Assembly (NCBI GenBank): GCA_037310415.1
Contig: CP147780.1
Location: forward strand, 928,001 to 992,000
DNA length: 64,000 bases
Source: Candidatus Atabeyarchaeum deiterrae
GTDB lineage: Archaea; Asgardarchaeota; Atabeyarchaeia; Atabeyarchaeales; Atabeyarchaeaceae
Direction: 5' to 3'
Each line of letters starts with the position of its first letter. Position 1 is the first letter of the stretch. A program made the translations under genes and the position numbers. Below, piece by piece: positions 1 through 9,923 of this stretch. The notes under the pieces were generated by a model. That model saw nothing but the letters and a program-made list of their open reading frames with translations. It searched no databases and was not told where the DNA came from.

Positions 1-366
1 TCCTTACCTCTTCTTGTGTTACCGGTGGATGTGCCTTTGATAAAGGCAGATACGATTGACACCATCATCCGCAAAGTCGAGAATCCTTGTGACGCAACTG
101 TTGTAGTCTCCCCATCAAAAACGAATGGAACAAATGCTCTTCTTAGAAACCCTCCAGATATAATTCCAACTCGCTTTGGAGCAAACAGTTTTGATGCTCA
201 CGCGAACGAAGCCAAGCTAAGGGGAACTCGCTTGGTGGTTTATCGTTCTGAGGACTTGGAGATAGATGTTGACACACCTCTCGACCTCCACGAAGTTATC
301 AAAAAAGGTGACTCAACAAGAACATCGCGCTTTCTAAGAACCATTCTTCGAACGACGAGCAATTGA
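1..366 (+). CDS. cofC: 2-phospho-L-lactate/phosphoenolpyruvate guanylyltransferase (F420 biosynthesis), 5' part outside window
   Basis: DVPLI, GTNALL, RFGANSFDAH and DVDTPLDL motifs typical of CofC; frame is open to the window edge. Confidence 0.85.
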   Translation, partial: SLPLLVLPVDVPLIKADTIDTIIRKVENPCDATVVVSPSKTNGTNALLRNPPDIIPTRFGANSFDAHANEAKLRGTRLVVYRSEDLEIDVDTPLDLHEVIKKGDSTRTSRFLRTILRTTSN

Positions 367-388
367 AACAAGAAGTGGAAATTCACTA

Positions 389-1411
389 CTACGTGAACAT
401 TGTCGATGGATCAAAATGTTCATCCGCACGCTTGAAGCCTAGTTCAGCATCTCGATTAGAGCCAATCATTCTCAATGCAGGGTCACTTGTTCTCGCTCGT
501 TTCATCGCTTCATAACCCAAGATGTAGAGCGCGTTTAGCACCAGTTGCGTCGCAGAAACACCAACTTCTGCACATAACTCGACAACATAAGTCAAGAGTG
601 TCTCTGCCTCATCGTCAACAAAAAAAAATTTTCCAAAAGCATCTATTATGACGTCAAGAACACTATCTCGCGGAGAGACTAGACTCTGAGAGAACTTGCC
701 CAATAGGCCTAGGGCGGCTGGGCTAATGTTGTGAAATACACCATAAGTCCTGACTATACACCCCGGAACAATCTTCCTGAACTTCCAGTCCTCGAGGATT
801 TGGCTTGTTGAGGTAAAAACTGCTGCTCTGTCCCTGATTCTTTCGAGCTTCCCTGCATCCTTCTCACCTAAAGCAGCAGTTCTGCTAATAGGCACAGAAA
901 GCTTGATTCTCTCCCCGATGTTGCTGCGCCAATGTGGTGACGATGGGTAGCTTGTGACCTCGTCGATCCCAGGAGTATTAACGTAAAGCATTGTAGGGGT
1001 AATCGCTCTGTAGAACTCTTTGTAAGACTCTTCGGTGAGTCTATCAGTATCCACAGCCGAGTAATGTTCAATTAGATTTCCAATCTCTTTGTTCGGTCGA
1101 ACAAGGTTTGCAGCATTAGTTCCCTTGTCGGTAAGCTGAATCACATGAAAGCCTCGATGGCGGTCGTCGGAGATCTTCCTGATTTGAACATATCCTTCTT
1201 GGCTAAGCTCATTTAGTGCATCCATGCAGTCAGTACTAAATGGGCCCCTCAAATAAGGTGCGAAAATGAATTTCGCCTCATCATCGATGGCACCCTTATG
1301 TTGAGACAGAAAAATGAGCTTCTGTAATCTCTTGATACCTCTGATTTGTCCATTAGAACACTTCAACATGAGTAGAAGAGTTTCATGCTGTGGTCTAAGA
1401 ATCTCACTCAT
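389..1411 (-). CDS. Panacea/SocA(DUF4065)/YwgA-like wHTH domain fused to an unknown C-terminal domain
   Basis: 340-aa ORF; N-terminal RLQKLIFL...F.PYLRGPFS...L..L...GYV...LTDKG pattern. Confidence 0.55.
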   Translation of the reverse strand: MSEILRPQHETLLLMLKCSNGQIRGIKRLQKLIFLSQHKGAIDDEAKFIFAPYLRGPFSTDCMDALNELSQEGYVQIRKISDDRHRGFHVIQLTDKGTNAANLVRPNKEIGNLIEHYSAVDTDRLTEESYKEFYRAITPTMLYVNTPGIDEVTSYPSSPHWRSNIGERIKLSVPISRTAALGEKDAGKLERIRDRAAVFTSTSQILEDWKFRKIVPGCIVRTYGVFHNISPAALGLLGKFSQSLVSPRDSVLDVIIDAFGKFFFVDDEAETLLTYVVELCAEVGVSATQLVLNALYILGYEAMKRARTSDPALRMIGSNRDAELGFKRADEHFDPSTMFT

Positions 1412-1584
1412 GTTAGGATCGCTCTGCCAATCCTTTGATAGTCTGTGCCTGGGGGAGTATATAAACCACCCAAACGCAAAATCTCACTCATTTTAGAATC
1501 TGGGTGGTGAAACCGATGGATTGGATATCTTCTATTCGCGAGGATGAGTTTCTTAAGAACGTTGCAGGAATACTGAGGTGTCAC

Positions 1585-2490
1585 CTATCTCATCATTTCT
1601 CTGGCTACGGCTGGAGCAGCGCTCACATAACTGATTGGCGATGGTATGGTATCAGTTCCAACTACTATTTCAGCGCCTGCCTCAAAAATCTTCATCAAAG
1701 CACCCTCAACTAGTACAGGGTGGACAGTTGCAACGTAAATCTTGTTGACACCGTTGTTCCTCAGCACATTCATCGCTTGAACTATTGTTCCTCCTGTAGA
1801 TATTATGTCATCAACTATGAGAACGTCACGTCCTTTCATTGAGAGTTCACGAGGTCTTATCTCAACTTCACCATATTTCTTGTCGTCACGCGATGAGACT
1901 CTTTGCTTCTCCAGAACGTCATAATCTGCCTCCAGCTCTTTGGCAGCCACTTTTGCCCACTGCTCTGCTTCCTCATCAGGACCTACGACTGCAGGATTCC
2001 TCAGTTTGAAGTTCTTTTCGAAATATCTTGCTAGATCAGGGACGACTGAAAGATTGGTTGAAGGTATCCTGAAAACCTTTGCGATGCTTTCTATCCTGTG
2101 AAGGTGCAGGTCTATTGTGTAGACTTCGCTTGTTCCAACTGCTTCGATCAGGTTAGCAACTGTTTTCAGGGAGAATGCTTCACCAGGGTTGAATCGCCCG
2201 TCTTGTCTTGCATAGGCGAAATAGGGAATTATCCCTCTCACCTTGGAGGCACCGATGTCCTTTAGGTTGTCGACTATCAGAAAGTACTCAAAAAGAAAGT
2301 CATCTGGCTGTTGGTACATCGATTGGACAACATTCACTACTTTGCCTTCGACATCGCCAAGGACGCGCACATATCTTTCCCCGTCAGGGAACTTCTTCAA
2401 ATCCATCTTAATGAATGGAGTACGAGACTCCCTGGCGAGTTTTAGTGCGAAGACCTGAGCGGATGAGCCACCAACAACAACTTCTTCCAT
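1585..2490 (-). CDS. prs: ribose-phosphate pyrophosphokinase
   Basis: FPDGE, PYFAYARQD, DLH and VDDIISTGGT PRPP-binding motif; ATG at 2490 preferred over TTG at 2517. Confidence 0.95.
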   Translation of the reverse strand: MEEVVVGGSSAQVFALKLARESRTPFIKMDLKKFPDGERYVRVLGDVEGKVVNVVQSMYQQPDDFLFEYFLIVDNLKDIGASKVRGIIPYFAYARQDGRFNPGEAFSLKTVANLIEAVGTSEVYTIDLHLHRIESIAKVFRIPSTNLSVVPDLARYFEKNFKLRNPAVVGPDEEAEQWAKVAAKELEADYDVLEKQRVSSRDDKKYGEVEIRPRELSMKGRDVLIVDDIISTGGTIVQAMNVLRNNGVNKIYVATVHPVLVEGALMKIFEAGAEIVVGTDTIPSPISYVSAAPAVAREMMR

Positions 2491-2574
2491 GACAATACTC
2501 ACCGAGATAAGGGTCAACTATATTGCAGACTAGTCTACTCCTTGAAACAAATAAAAGCATTGTGTACCAGCCTT

Positions 2575-3537
2575 CTAATTCCTCTTCCTAGATACCTCAA
2601 GCATCTTTTCAAGATCTCCTCTGCAAGGACTTCCACGAGTCTCAGAATTCGCGGCTTTAAGTCCACCCGCGGTGTTGGCTCTCTCAAGTGATTGGATCTC
2701 TGAGTATCCCTGAGCAAGTGAGGCTGCGAAAACACCTAAAAACGCATCTCCACATCCAACGGTATTGATTACCATCAATCCAAGTTCTTTCAGCTTAAGA
2801 GCTGGTAACGTGATTTTTTCATCTTTTCTATCTGCGTAGGCACATCCCTTTTCGCCCAACTTGACTATGACCCCTAAGTCGATGTCAGATGTCTTCAGTT
2901 TATTTCTGACTTCAAGTGGATCAGTTGATTTTGTCAAGTTGTAGCTTTCAGTTGAATTCATTACAAGAATTGAAGTGTGGCTCAGGACATTCTTGAGTTT
3001 CTTAGGTCCCGCTTCGAGCTTGGTTCCACCATCATATAGAATTGTTGCACCATGTTCGTTTCCCAGGACTGCGAGCTTCTCAGCGGTGGGTATAAGTGGG
3101 TCACTTATTGCGATGACCTTACACTCCTTGATAACTGAGAGTCTCGAAGATTGGAGAAGATCCTCTGGAAAGAACTCATGGTTCGCCCCGAATAATGTCT
3201 CGATGACATTTGCTCCCCTCCTATCAATAGTAATATATGCCTGGCCAGATTCGACGCCACCCACAAACTTGATTTGGGATGTATCAACGCCCTCCTTGCC
3301 AAGAACGTCAATCTGCGTTCTCGCTATGTCATCTTTGCCTAAAGCTCCAAGTAAGCAGACCTTCCTTATTTCCGAAATCCTTGCCGCTGCAGTAGCAACG
3401 TTGGCAGCCTTCCCGCCAGGGAGCCTCGTGACTCTTTTGACGGGAACCTCCTCCCCAACATGAGGAAACTCATCTACCCAGATATTGATGTCCCAGTTGA
3501 TTGCTCCTAAAGCAATTACATCGACGAATCCAATCAC
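2575..3537 (-). CDS. PfkB/ribokinase-family carbohydrate kinase
   Basis: PGGKAANVA and NTVGCGDAF PfkB signatures. Confidence 0.9.
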   Translation of the reverse strand: MIGFVDVIALGAINWDINIWVDEFPHVGEEVPVKRVTRLPGGKAANVATAAARISEIRKVCLLGALGKDDIARTQIDVLGKEGVDTSQIKFVGGVESGQAYITIDRRGANVIETLFGANHEFFPEDLLQSSRLSVIKECKVIAISDPLIPTAEKLAVLGNEHGATILYDGGTKLEAGPKKLKNVLSHTSILVMNSTESYNLTKSTDPLEVRNKLKTSDIDLGVIVKLGEKGCAYADRKDEKITLPALKLKELGLMVINTVGCGDAFLGVFAASLAQGYSEIQSLERANTAGGLKAANSETRGSPCRGDLEKMLEVSRKRN

Positions 3538-3739
3538 TCTCCTCAGATAATAACCGTGGATCCTTCTACCTATAATGCGTTTACTTTGTCATCTCATGAT
3601 CCGCAGCAGTACGCCTCACCCAAAAGATAAAATAGATGAACCCCTGGTTGTTGTATCTCATGCGAGCGTGCTTCTTAGAAGTTTTTCTTGGGCTCAAAGC
3701 AATAGTGTCTCTCTTTCCTGAGATCCCCCTTCAATACCC

Positions 3740-4554
3740 GTGATTGAGCGTCAAAGGGGTTAATAGGAATTTCACGCAAGAAACTGTTTGATCACCATGA
3801 CGTCGACATTCTTCTAATTGACATGGACGGAACTCTAGGTTTCTCGCTCATTCCTGAAGAGATAGGTATGTCCATAGCATTGAAATATGTCTCAGATGAG
3901 GTTGCGAAACTTACTGGTCAAGACGCAAATCTTGTTGAGATTAGACAGCTCTATGACAGGATCAAGGGCATACAGTACAAATTGTATCCGCTGCAGACAC
4001 GTAGACACGACAAAGCTCTTCGATTCAAACTGATACTCGAGGAACTCTCTCGCGTGAAGGGAATAAAGACACCTGTATCGATGGTTGACAAGATCATGGA
4101 TCTGTACTGGGAAGTCTTCGAAAGCAAAGCTGAGCCGTACCCGCAGACTCATTCCACACTTGAAGCTTTGAAACGTGACTACAAGGTCATAATAATAACC
4201 AATAACGGCAAAGAGGAAGGCGAGAGGAAACGGAAGATCTTTGGCCTAGAGTCTGACAAGCACTACGATCTCTTCATCACTTCAGAAGAACTTCACAATA
4301 CCTGCAAACCCTCAGAGAAATACTTCGGAAGAGTCTTGAGTTTTATCAAGTCATCGTTAGACATCGATGCGAATCCAAAGAAGATCGTCATCATTGGAGA
4401 TGATCCGAGCGGTGACATTGCCTTGGCAAATATGTGCGGGGTTTCAAGTGTGAGAATCAAGAAGGATCTTCATTCCTCAGAGCAACCAAGAAATGATTTG
4501 GAAAGAGCTTGTGTTGAAATTAACGAGATAAATGAACTGCTGGGCATCCTCTGA
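3740..4554 (+). CDS. HAD-superfamily hydrolase; start uncertain (non-canonical start, or spliced 5' end from GTG 3740)
   Basis: Motif I ILLIDMDGTL begins upstream of ATG 3823; ITN, KP and GDD..GD motifs present; no in-frame ATG/GTG/TTG between TGA at 3745 and motif I. Confidence 0.75.
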
Positions 4555-4683
4555 CAATTCAATCTCTGAATTGGCTTCTCCTTCGTTGTAACGAACTTTC
4601 CAAAAAAGTATTGTCGAGGAAAGGTGACTTGCTTCACTCTTTTCCTCCACCCGAATCAAGTCGCTTCTGTTCGAACTGACTAC

Positions 4684-5166
4684 TTATCTTCTCGGTGGTC
4701 TTCTCCCGCGACCTCGCGATCCTCGTTCGTCTAGGTCTCTGTAAAGTGGTCTGAATCTTGGTCTGAAATCTCTTCCGCCGCCAAACCGTCTGGGCTGGTC
4801 AACAACCTTCTCAGACAAGTTGTTTTCGGTGTTAACAGTTGACACCTCTGCACTGCTGTCCATAATCTGCCCAAATCTGCCGATGTTCAGCCTCATGGAG
4901 CCTTTGAAAACTGATACGTAGCCGTTCTTGATCTCCACGCTCTTCCCTTCTGAGACCTTGCCTATTGAGTCATCCCAGAGTGTCAGCAGAATAGACCCTG
5001 TTTCGTCACCGACTAGGGCCTCAGCAACTTTGTGTGCAGATCCGTCAGCTCTGGAGCTAACCTCTCTTGGCGGACTTATGTTGGAGACTTTCGCCACCAC
5101 ATTTACTTGCCTAGAACGCTCACCGAGTTCTCCTATCTTCACACTTCTCTCTTCAGACAATTCCAA
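4684..5166 (-). CDS. ssb: single-OB-fold single-stranded DNA-binding protein with Arg/Gly-rich tail
   Basis: VGDETGSILLTLWD and NGYVSVFKGSMRLNIGRFG typical of crenarchaeal-type SSB. Confidence 0.9.
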   Translation of the reverse strand: MELSEERSVKIGELGERSRQVNVVAKVSNISPPREVSSRADGSAHKVAEALVGDETGSILLTLWDDSIGKVSEGKSVEIKNGYVSVFKGSMRLNIGRFGQIMDSSAEVSTVNTENNLSEKVVDQPRRFGGGRDFRPRFRPLYRDLDERGSRGRGRRPPRR

Positions 5167-5501
5167 AATCCTTCTTGGTACCTAATTCATTGCGTATTTG
5201 TCTACCAACCAGCTACTCTTAGCAAAACGAGTCCGGTGGCATTCTGGAAGATAACGCTCTTAACGAATATTTAAAGGTGTCGCGCTTGCATTGAAGGAGC
5301 GAAGCATTACTAGATGCACTGCCAAGTGACTTTCTGATTCACGCTTCTCTTATGCTTGAGTCATGTTGCGATCTTCGTGCCGCTTGCGGACATGATGTTC
5401 CTTCTCACAGCAATTTAAATATGGATCGCGTTTCCAAGTTCCTATAGAGACTGCAGGTTTATCAGAACCATTTAAGAACAGGGAAATGTCGGGGAGAAAA
5501 A

Positions 5502-6929
5502 ATGGGAAGTTCAAGTTCAGTTTTCGGGAATCGTCTAGCAGTTTGCCTGATTCTTTCAACTATTCTCTTAATGTCAGTGGCATCAGTTTCAACCTTGCAG
5601 AACATTTCCTTGATGGATAGCGCCAAAGATTCAAACACAGGCGATAACAATGGTCTTCCAGCGCCTAATTACGAAAAGGCTCCTCCCCAATACGACAAGC
5701 TACTAGTGCTAAAGGCAAAATTATCGGATAGTTCATTTGGTTCAAACCCCGCTAGCCTAAGTGCGATGGCGTCAGGCAGCCTGAATTCATACTATCAGGA
5801 AGTATCATACAATCAAGAGCTCATGAATGCCACCATCATTAACACAATCTACAATCTAACTCAGACAGAGTCCTACTATGCTTCCGGAGGCAATATTATA
5901 CAACTTATTAATGAGACAGTAATCCAAGCCAATGCTTCAGTTGTCAGCCTAGGAGGATACTCGATCTTCAGGCATATCGTCATAATACATTCTGGGACAG
6001 ACAAGGCTGTCACACATACCTTAACTGATATCAGCTCTGAATTCGTCTACAACCTAGGCGGCTCACCATTAATCAATCGCAGTCACATTAGGATCCAGAA
6101 TGCATGCATAGTTGCGCAAGCTGATCCTCTTGGTGTCGTAGCACATGAAGTGGGACATAGCCTTGGTCTACCAGATCTCTACGACATAACGTATTCTGGC
6201 TCTGGCAGCATTGATCCCCCATTTGTGGGCAGATGGGATCTGATGGGCGCAGGGAGCTGGAGCCCCTATGACCCATTAGGGTTCAGTCTTCCCACCGGAA
6301 CCAGTCCAGCACACCCCAGCACATGGTGTAAGATCAAGTTGGGCTGGATAAAACCAGGACAAATAGTGAGTATAACACAAACAGCTATCCATGTCAGCGG
6401 ATCCAATGTGATTGTCTATCTCAAACCTGAAGAGGCAAATGAATCCACCCTTGCTATACGAATAGTGCTCGATAATGGAACCTACCTTCTGGTTGAGAAC
6501 AGGCAGCAGATAGGATACGATGCAGCGTTGCCTTCAAGGGGCATTCTAATCCTCTACTGCGATGACTCCATACCAAGTGGCTATGGGCCAGTTATAATTC
6601 GGAGTGCTAACCCTCCTGGTTATGGAGCCTTTGCGGCTTTTAATGTAGGTGGTTTTGTCTCCAACAATTTCTTTGGAGATCGCAGTGCTGACATAGGCGT
6701 TAAGATATTGAACAAATGGGTCAATGGAACATACAAGATCTTGGTTGGAGATTACGATTACGTATTCAACACGCCCACGGAGTACATGGATCCAGCCATT
6801 CCACTCATACTCTTCATAGCTGTTTTTGCAGTAGTAGCGATTGTCACATTGGTCGTCTACGTGAAACGGGGAAGGCAGAAGACACAGAAGTCCACCTACG
6901 GCGATATTACGACCATAAAACTTAGCTAG
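5502..6929 (+). CDS. membrane-anchored secreted M6-family (immune inhibitor A-like) metalloprotease
   Basis: Signal peptide, HEVGHSLGLPDLYD, WDLMGAGSW, KIKLGW, LVENRQ, C-terminal TM helix. Confidence 0.88.
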   Translation: MGSSSSVFGNRLAVCLILSTILLMSVASVSTLQNISLMDSAKDSNTGDNNGLPAPNYEKAPPQYDKLLVLKAKLSDSSFGSNPASLSAMASGSLNSYYQEVSYNQELMNATIINTIYNLTQTESYYASGGNIIQLINETVIQANASVVSLGGYSIFRHIVIIHSGTDKAVTHTLTDISSEFVYNLGGSPLINRSHIRIQNACIVAQADPLGVVAHEVGHSLGLPDLYDITYSGSGSIDPPFVGRWDLMGAGSWSPYDPLGFSLPTGTSPAHPSTWCKIKLGWIKPGQIVSITQTAIHVSGSNVIVYLKPEEANESTLAIRIVLDNGTYLLVENRQQIGYDAALPSRGILILYCDDSIPSGYGPVIIRSANPPGYGAFAAFNVGGFVSNNFFGDRSADIGVKILNKWVNGTYKILVGDYDYVFNTPTEYMDPAIPLILFIAVFAVVAIVTLVVYVKRGRQKTQKSTYGDITTIKLS

Positions 6930-7050
6930 ATAGAAGTTGGGTGGCGCTGGGCTTTCCATCCCTCTTTTTATTGCTGAATAGTAATAGTGTATTGGTTTCT
7001 CAGGGCTGATCGTGATAGGATTGATTCCTATGACTCTGTTTTGACATCTC

Positions 7051-8337
7051 TCACAGCTTCTCTAGGGGTGAAGTTACCCCCCAGTTTTTCAGATTCGCCT
7101 TCACAATCTCCTTGATCTTCTCGTCAGTTAGTTTCTTGATCTGGCTCGGCCTATAGGAACCAATGTCCATTATGATTTCTGTGATGTGCTCTGGCGGAGT
7201 TACGTCGAAAGCCGGGTTATATATCAGCACCTTGTGACTCTCAGGTTCATGTTGCGTAGCGATCAAACCTCTGGGGGGCCATTCATCTAGGGCTTTCTCT
7301 GATGTGACCCCATTTCGTTTCTTGTCCTCTGCCTCCAATCTGTAAGGATACGTAAACTCCTCAATGCTTCTCTCCTCAATTGGTATATCCTTCCCCAACT
7401 TTGTCTCCAAATCTATAGTTGAATAGGATGTGCAGTAGTAAAATGGGAGTCCATATCCATGGAACACGGAAGCAGCATCAGCCGATCCAATCTTGTTTGC
7501 AACGGATCCGTCTCTTGCGACGCGATCCACGCCTAACATCGCCTTGGTCAGTCCGAATTTACGGATGGCTGCATTGGTCATACCATCAGTTATAGCAATC
7601 ACGGGCAAGCCACAACGCAATGCCTCCCAAACCGTCAGCTTAAAACCTTGGGATCTAGGTCTTGTTTCGTGGGAAACCAACACGAGGTCCAATCCATCGG
7701 CATAAGCCTCTTCGATTCCACATGTGGCATGCGCACCATAAGAGCCTGCTAAGCCAGCGTTGCAGTGATGTAGGATAACATCTCCGTTCTCAAGATGTTT
7801 CCTTATCTCTTTTCTGGTGCAGGCGTTCAAAGCGAGATCAGACGCCAAGATGTAGTCAGCCACGGCTCTTACAACTTCAACCATATCATCAACTTTCATG
7901 CCTTTGTGATAGGCTTTCTCCACTGCCCCAATCGCCAAGTTGACAGCCCAAGGTAACGGCTGCGCTGTGGGCCTCGAACTTGCTATGAAATCGCCCTTCT
8001 TCTTGAGCTCGCCCATGAACTTTCTGGGGTCTCCGGTAGCTTTAGCAGTGCTGACGGCAGCCAGCAGCATGCAGTATCCTCCAGCGACTCCTATGGCTTG
8101 GCTTCCGCGGATTATCATGCCTTTGATGCCTGGATCAGCTGCCTGCTTCCAGTCCTTCGTCCTCCAGGTTGTGATCTCGAAAGGAAGCTTGGTTTGATCA
8201 AGGTATGCGAGCTCCTCATTCTCGTGATCGTAGTAAATCGTTAGGGGAACGTGCGTTTTCCTATGCACCTGTATTCCGATCTCGTCGTCATATTCCAGCC
8301 CGATCTTTTCGATGACGCTGTCTACTTTAGATCCCAA
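7051..8337 (-). CDS. mtnA: methylthioribose-1-phosphate isomerase (eIF2B alpha/beta/delta family)
   Basis: LDQTKLP, IRGSQAIG, RPT, HCNAG, ETRPRSQG, GVDRVARDGSVANKIG, NPAFDVTP; lies near mtnP. Confidence 0.85.
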   Translation of the reverse strand: MGSKVDSVIEKIGLEYDDEIGIQVHRKTHVPLTIYYDHENEELAYLDQTKLPFEITTWRTKDWKQAADPGIKGMIIRGSQAIGVAGGYCMLLAAVSTAKATGDPRKFMGELKKKGDFIASSRPTAQPLPWAVNLAIGAVEKAYHKGMKVDDMVEVVRAVADYILASDLALNACTRKEIRKHLENGDVILHHCNAGLAGSYGAHATCGIEEAYADGLDLVLVSHETRPRSQGFKLTVWEALRCGLPVIAITDGMTNAAIRKFGLTKAMLGVDRVARDGSVANKIGSADAASVFHGYGLPFYYCTSYSTIDLETKLGKDIPIEERSIEEFTYPYRLEAEDKKRNGVTSEKALDEWPPRGLIATQHEPESHKVLIYNPAFDVTPPEHITEIIMDIGSYRPSQIKKLTDEKIKEIVKANLKNWGVTSPLEKL

Positions 8338-8582
8338 GCGACAAACTCCTCCTGTAAGAAGTCAATGGCTTTCGTGATTCCCGAATCTAGTTTCTTTTCG
8401 CCATCTCATGGTCTAGTTAGTTCTAAAGTCATACTCTCCTATTTCCTTTAAACTTTCCGATATATGGATTGGCAGAACATTCACGAGAACAGGGGAAACA
8501 GTAGCTGCAAGAGACCAGCACAGAAGCGAGAACCCCAATCCGAAAAGTGAAGGTGAGAACGAGGGCATTCAACTTCCTATGA

Positions 8583-9683
8583 CTATCTCTCTTCTTCCTC
8601 TTCCGCCGATCTGACTTTTCCTAACGCTCGCTCCTCAAGTTTCTTTAAGGCTTTCTCCAGGTCCTCTCCCAATTCGCCCTCAACGATCTTTGCGAAGCTA
8701 TCCGCTTCCGAGACTATGGTGGTCCTTTTCCCCTCCTCGTACACTCCTTTTGTCAGCACATCAATTGCCTTCTGAGGTTCCTTGACCACAACCGACGCTG
8801 ATTCCTTGGGCGCAGGCACTCCTTTCATCCTTACCAGCTTTTCTCCCATCCTCTTAGTTCTCACGAGAGGCATGGAGATCGGCACGCCTTCCTTGACCGA
8901 TGCCAACAATTGCGTCAATTGGCTCTTCTCTCTGAACATTTCGAATACAATGTGCGAGATTGACAATTCGTTTATAATTGATGCCGGTTTCTCTAGTTCA
9001 AAGATTAGGTCATAGTTGTCATTTATGCATTCAACTTCTTCTGCTGTTCTGCCTGAGCGCAAGCCGTTCATTATTTTTTCTGCTCTCCCGCGAGCCTTTT
9101 GTCTTTCTACGACGAATAGTCTTGACGCGTATGTTGGTGCTAAAGCCGTGGTCAAGGCTATGAAGAATACTGCCGTGTCTACTGGCGTGGCTAGGGGATG
9201 ATAAGCTCTCCACTCGGTCACTATGGGCTGTATGAATCCTTCAACGATTTCCCTTGTTTTGACCTGAAAATCGAGTGGTGTCATGGAGCCGTCGTCGGTA
9301 TCCTCTTTGTCAAGCTGAAGCATCTCGATTGCTCTGTTAACGTATGGGTTGAAGATTGAAAGAATGAACGTGTTCCACATCGCTTCTTTCTGCATAGATG
9401 TGATGTCAATGCTGCTAAGATCTCCATATACGCTGTCAATGAATCTGATGTTTTCTTGGGTATTGCTTCTTCCAGTATCCTCAAGTAGCTGCAACAGATA
9501 TGCCTTCTGTGGTGGAGTTCCAAACTTCTTCGAAAGTTGATTAAGTACGTCGTTCGGAATTGGCTCAAGCTCTGTTGGAAATTCTTCTACAGCGGATTCA
9601 GCCTTGTCTTTCGGTGTACTTATTCTGCCGATTGCGAGTAGCTCACGCCTTAAGCTCTCATCGTCTTCCATGATCGACTCCAC
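8583..9683 (-). CDS. hypothetical acidic, probably helical protein (366 aa)
   Basis: Long ORF with coding-like composition; no family recognised. Confidence 0.7.
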   Translation of the reverse strand: MESIMEDDESLRRELLAIGRISTPKDKAESAVEEFPTELEPIPNDVLNQLSKKFGTPPQKAYLLQLLEDTGRSNTQENIRFIDSVYGDLSSIDITSMQKEAMWNTFILSIFNPYVNRAIEMLQLDKEDTDDGSMTPLDFQVKTREIVEGFIQPIVTEWRAYHPLATPVDTAVFFIALTTALAPTYASRLFVVERQKARGRAEKIMNGLRSGRTAEEVECINDNYDLIFELEKPASIINELSISHIVFEMFREKSQLTQLLASVKEGVPISMPLVRTKRMGEKLVRMKGVPAPKESASVVVKEPQKAIDVLTKGVYEEGKRTTIVSEADSFAKIVEGELGEDLEKALKKLEERALGKVRSAEEEEER

Positions 9684-9923
9684 TTCTCACATTATTAGTC
9701 TCAAAGCGGACAGACAATTCTCCACCTTGCGAGGTTCTCCAAGGCGAAGTCACAGTATATAGAGAATAAAATCAGGAAATAAACACTCCGTTCATAATTA
9801 GTAAAGCATGCTGTGACTTTTATAGATTTAGGATTGAGAACTTCATGAGAGCTAGGCGTCTGCTCAAAAAAGGAGATTTTTGGACTCATTGGGTATCTCA
9901 AAACCTTGAGTCCAATAGTCACT

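Noticed and set aside
1865-1900. RDDKKYG insertion in the Prs flexible loop as an intron
   Set aside because: In frame, only weak pairing, and in a known variable loop
3593-3605. 13-mer CTCATGATCCGCA also present at 46637
   Set aside because: Matches of this length are expected by chance in 64 kb
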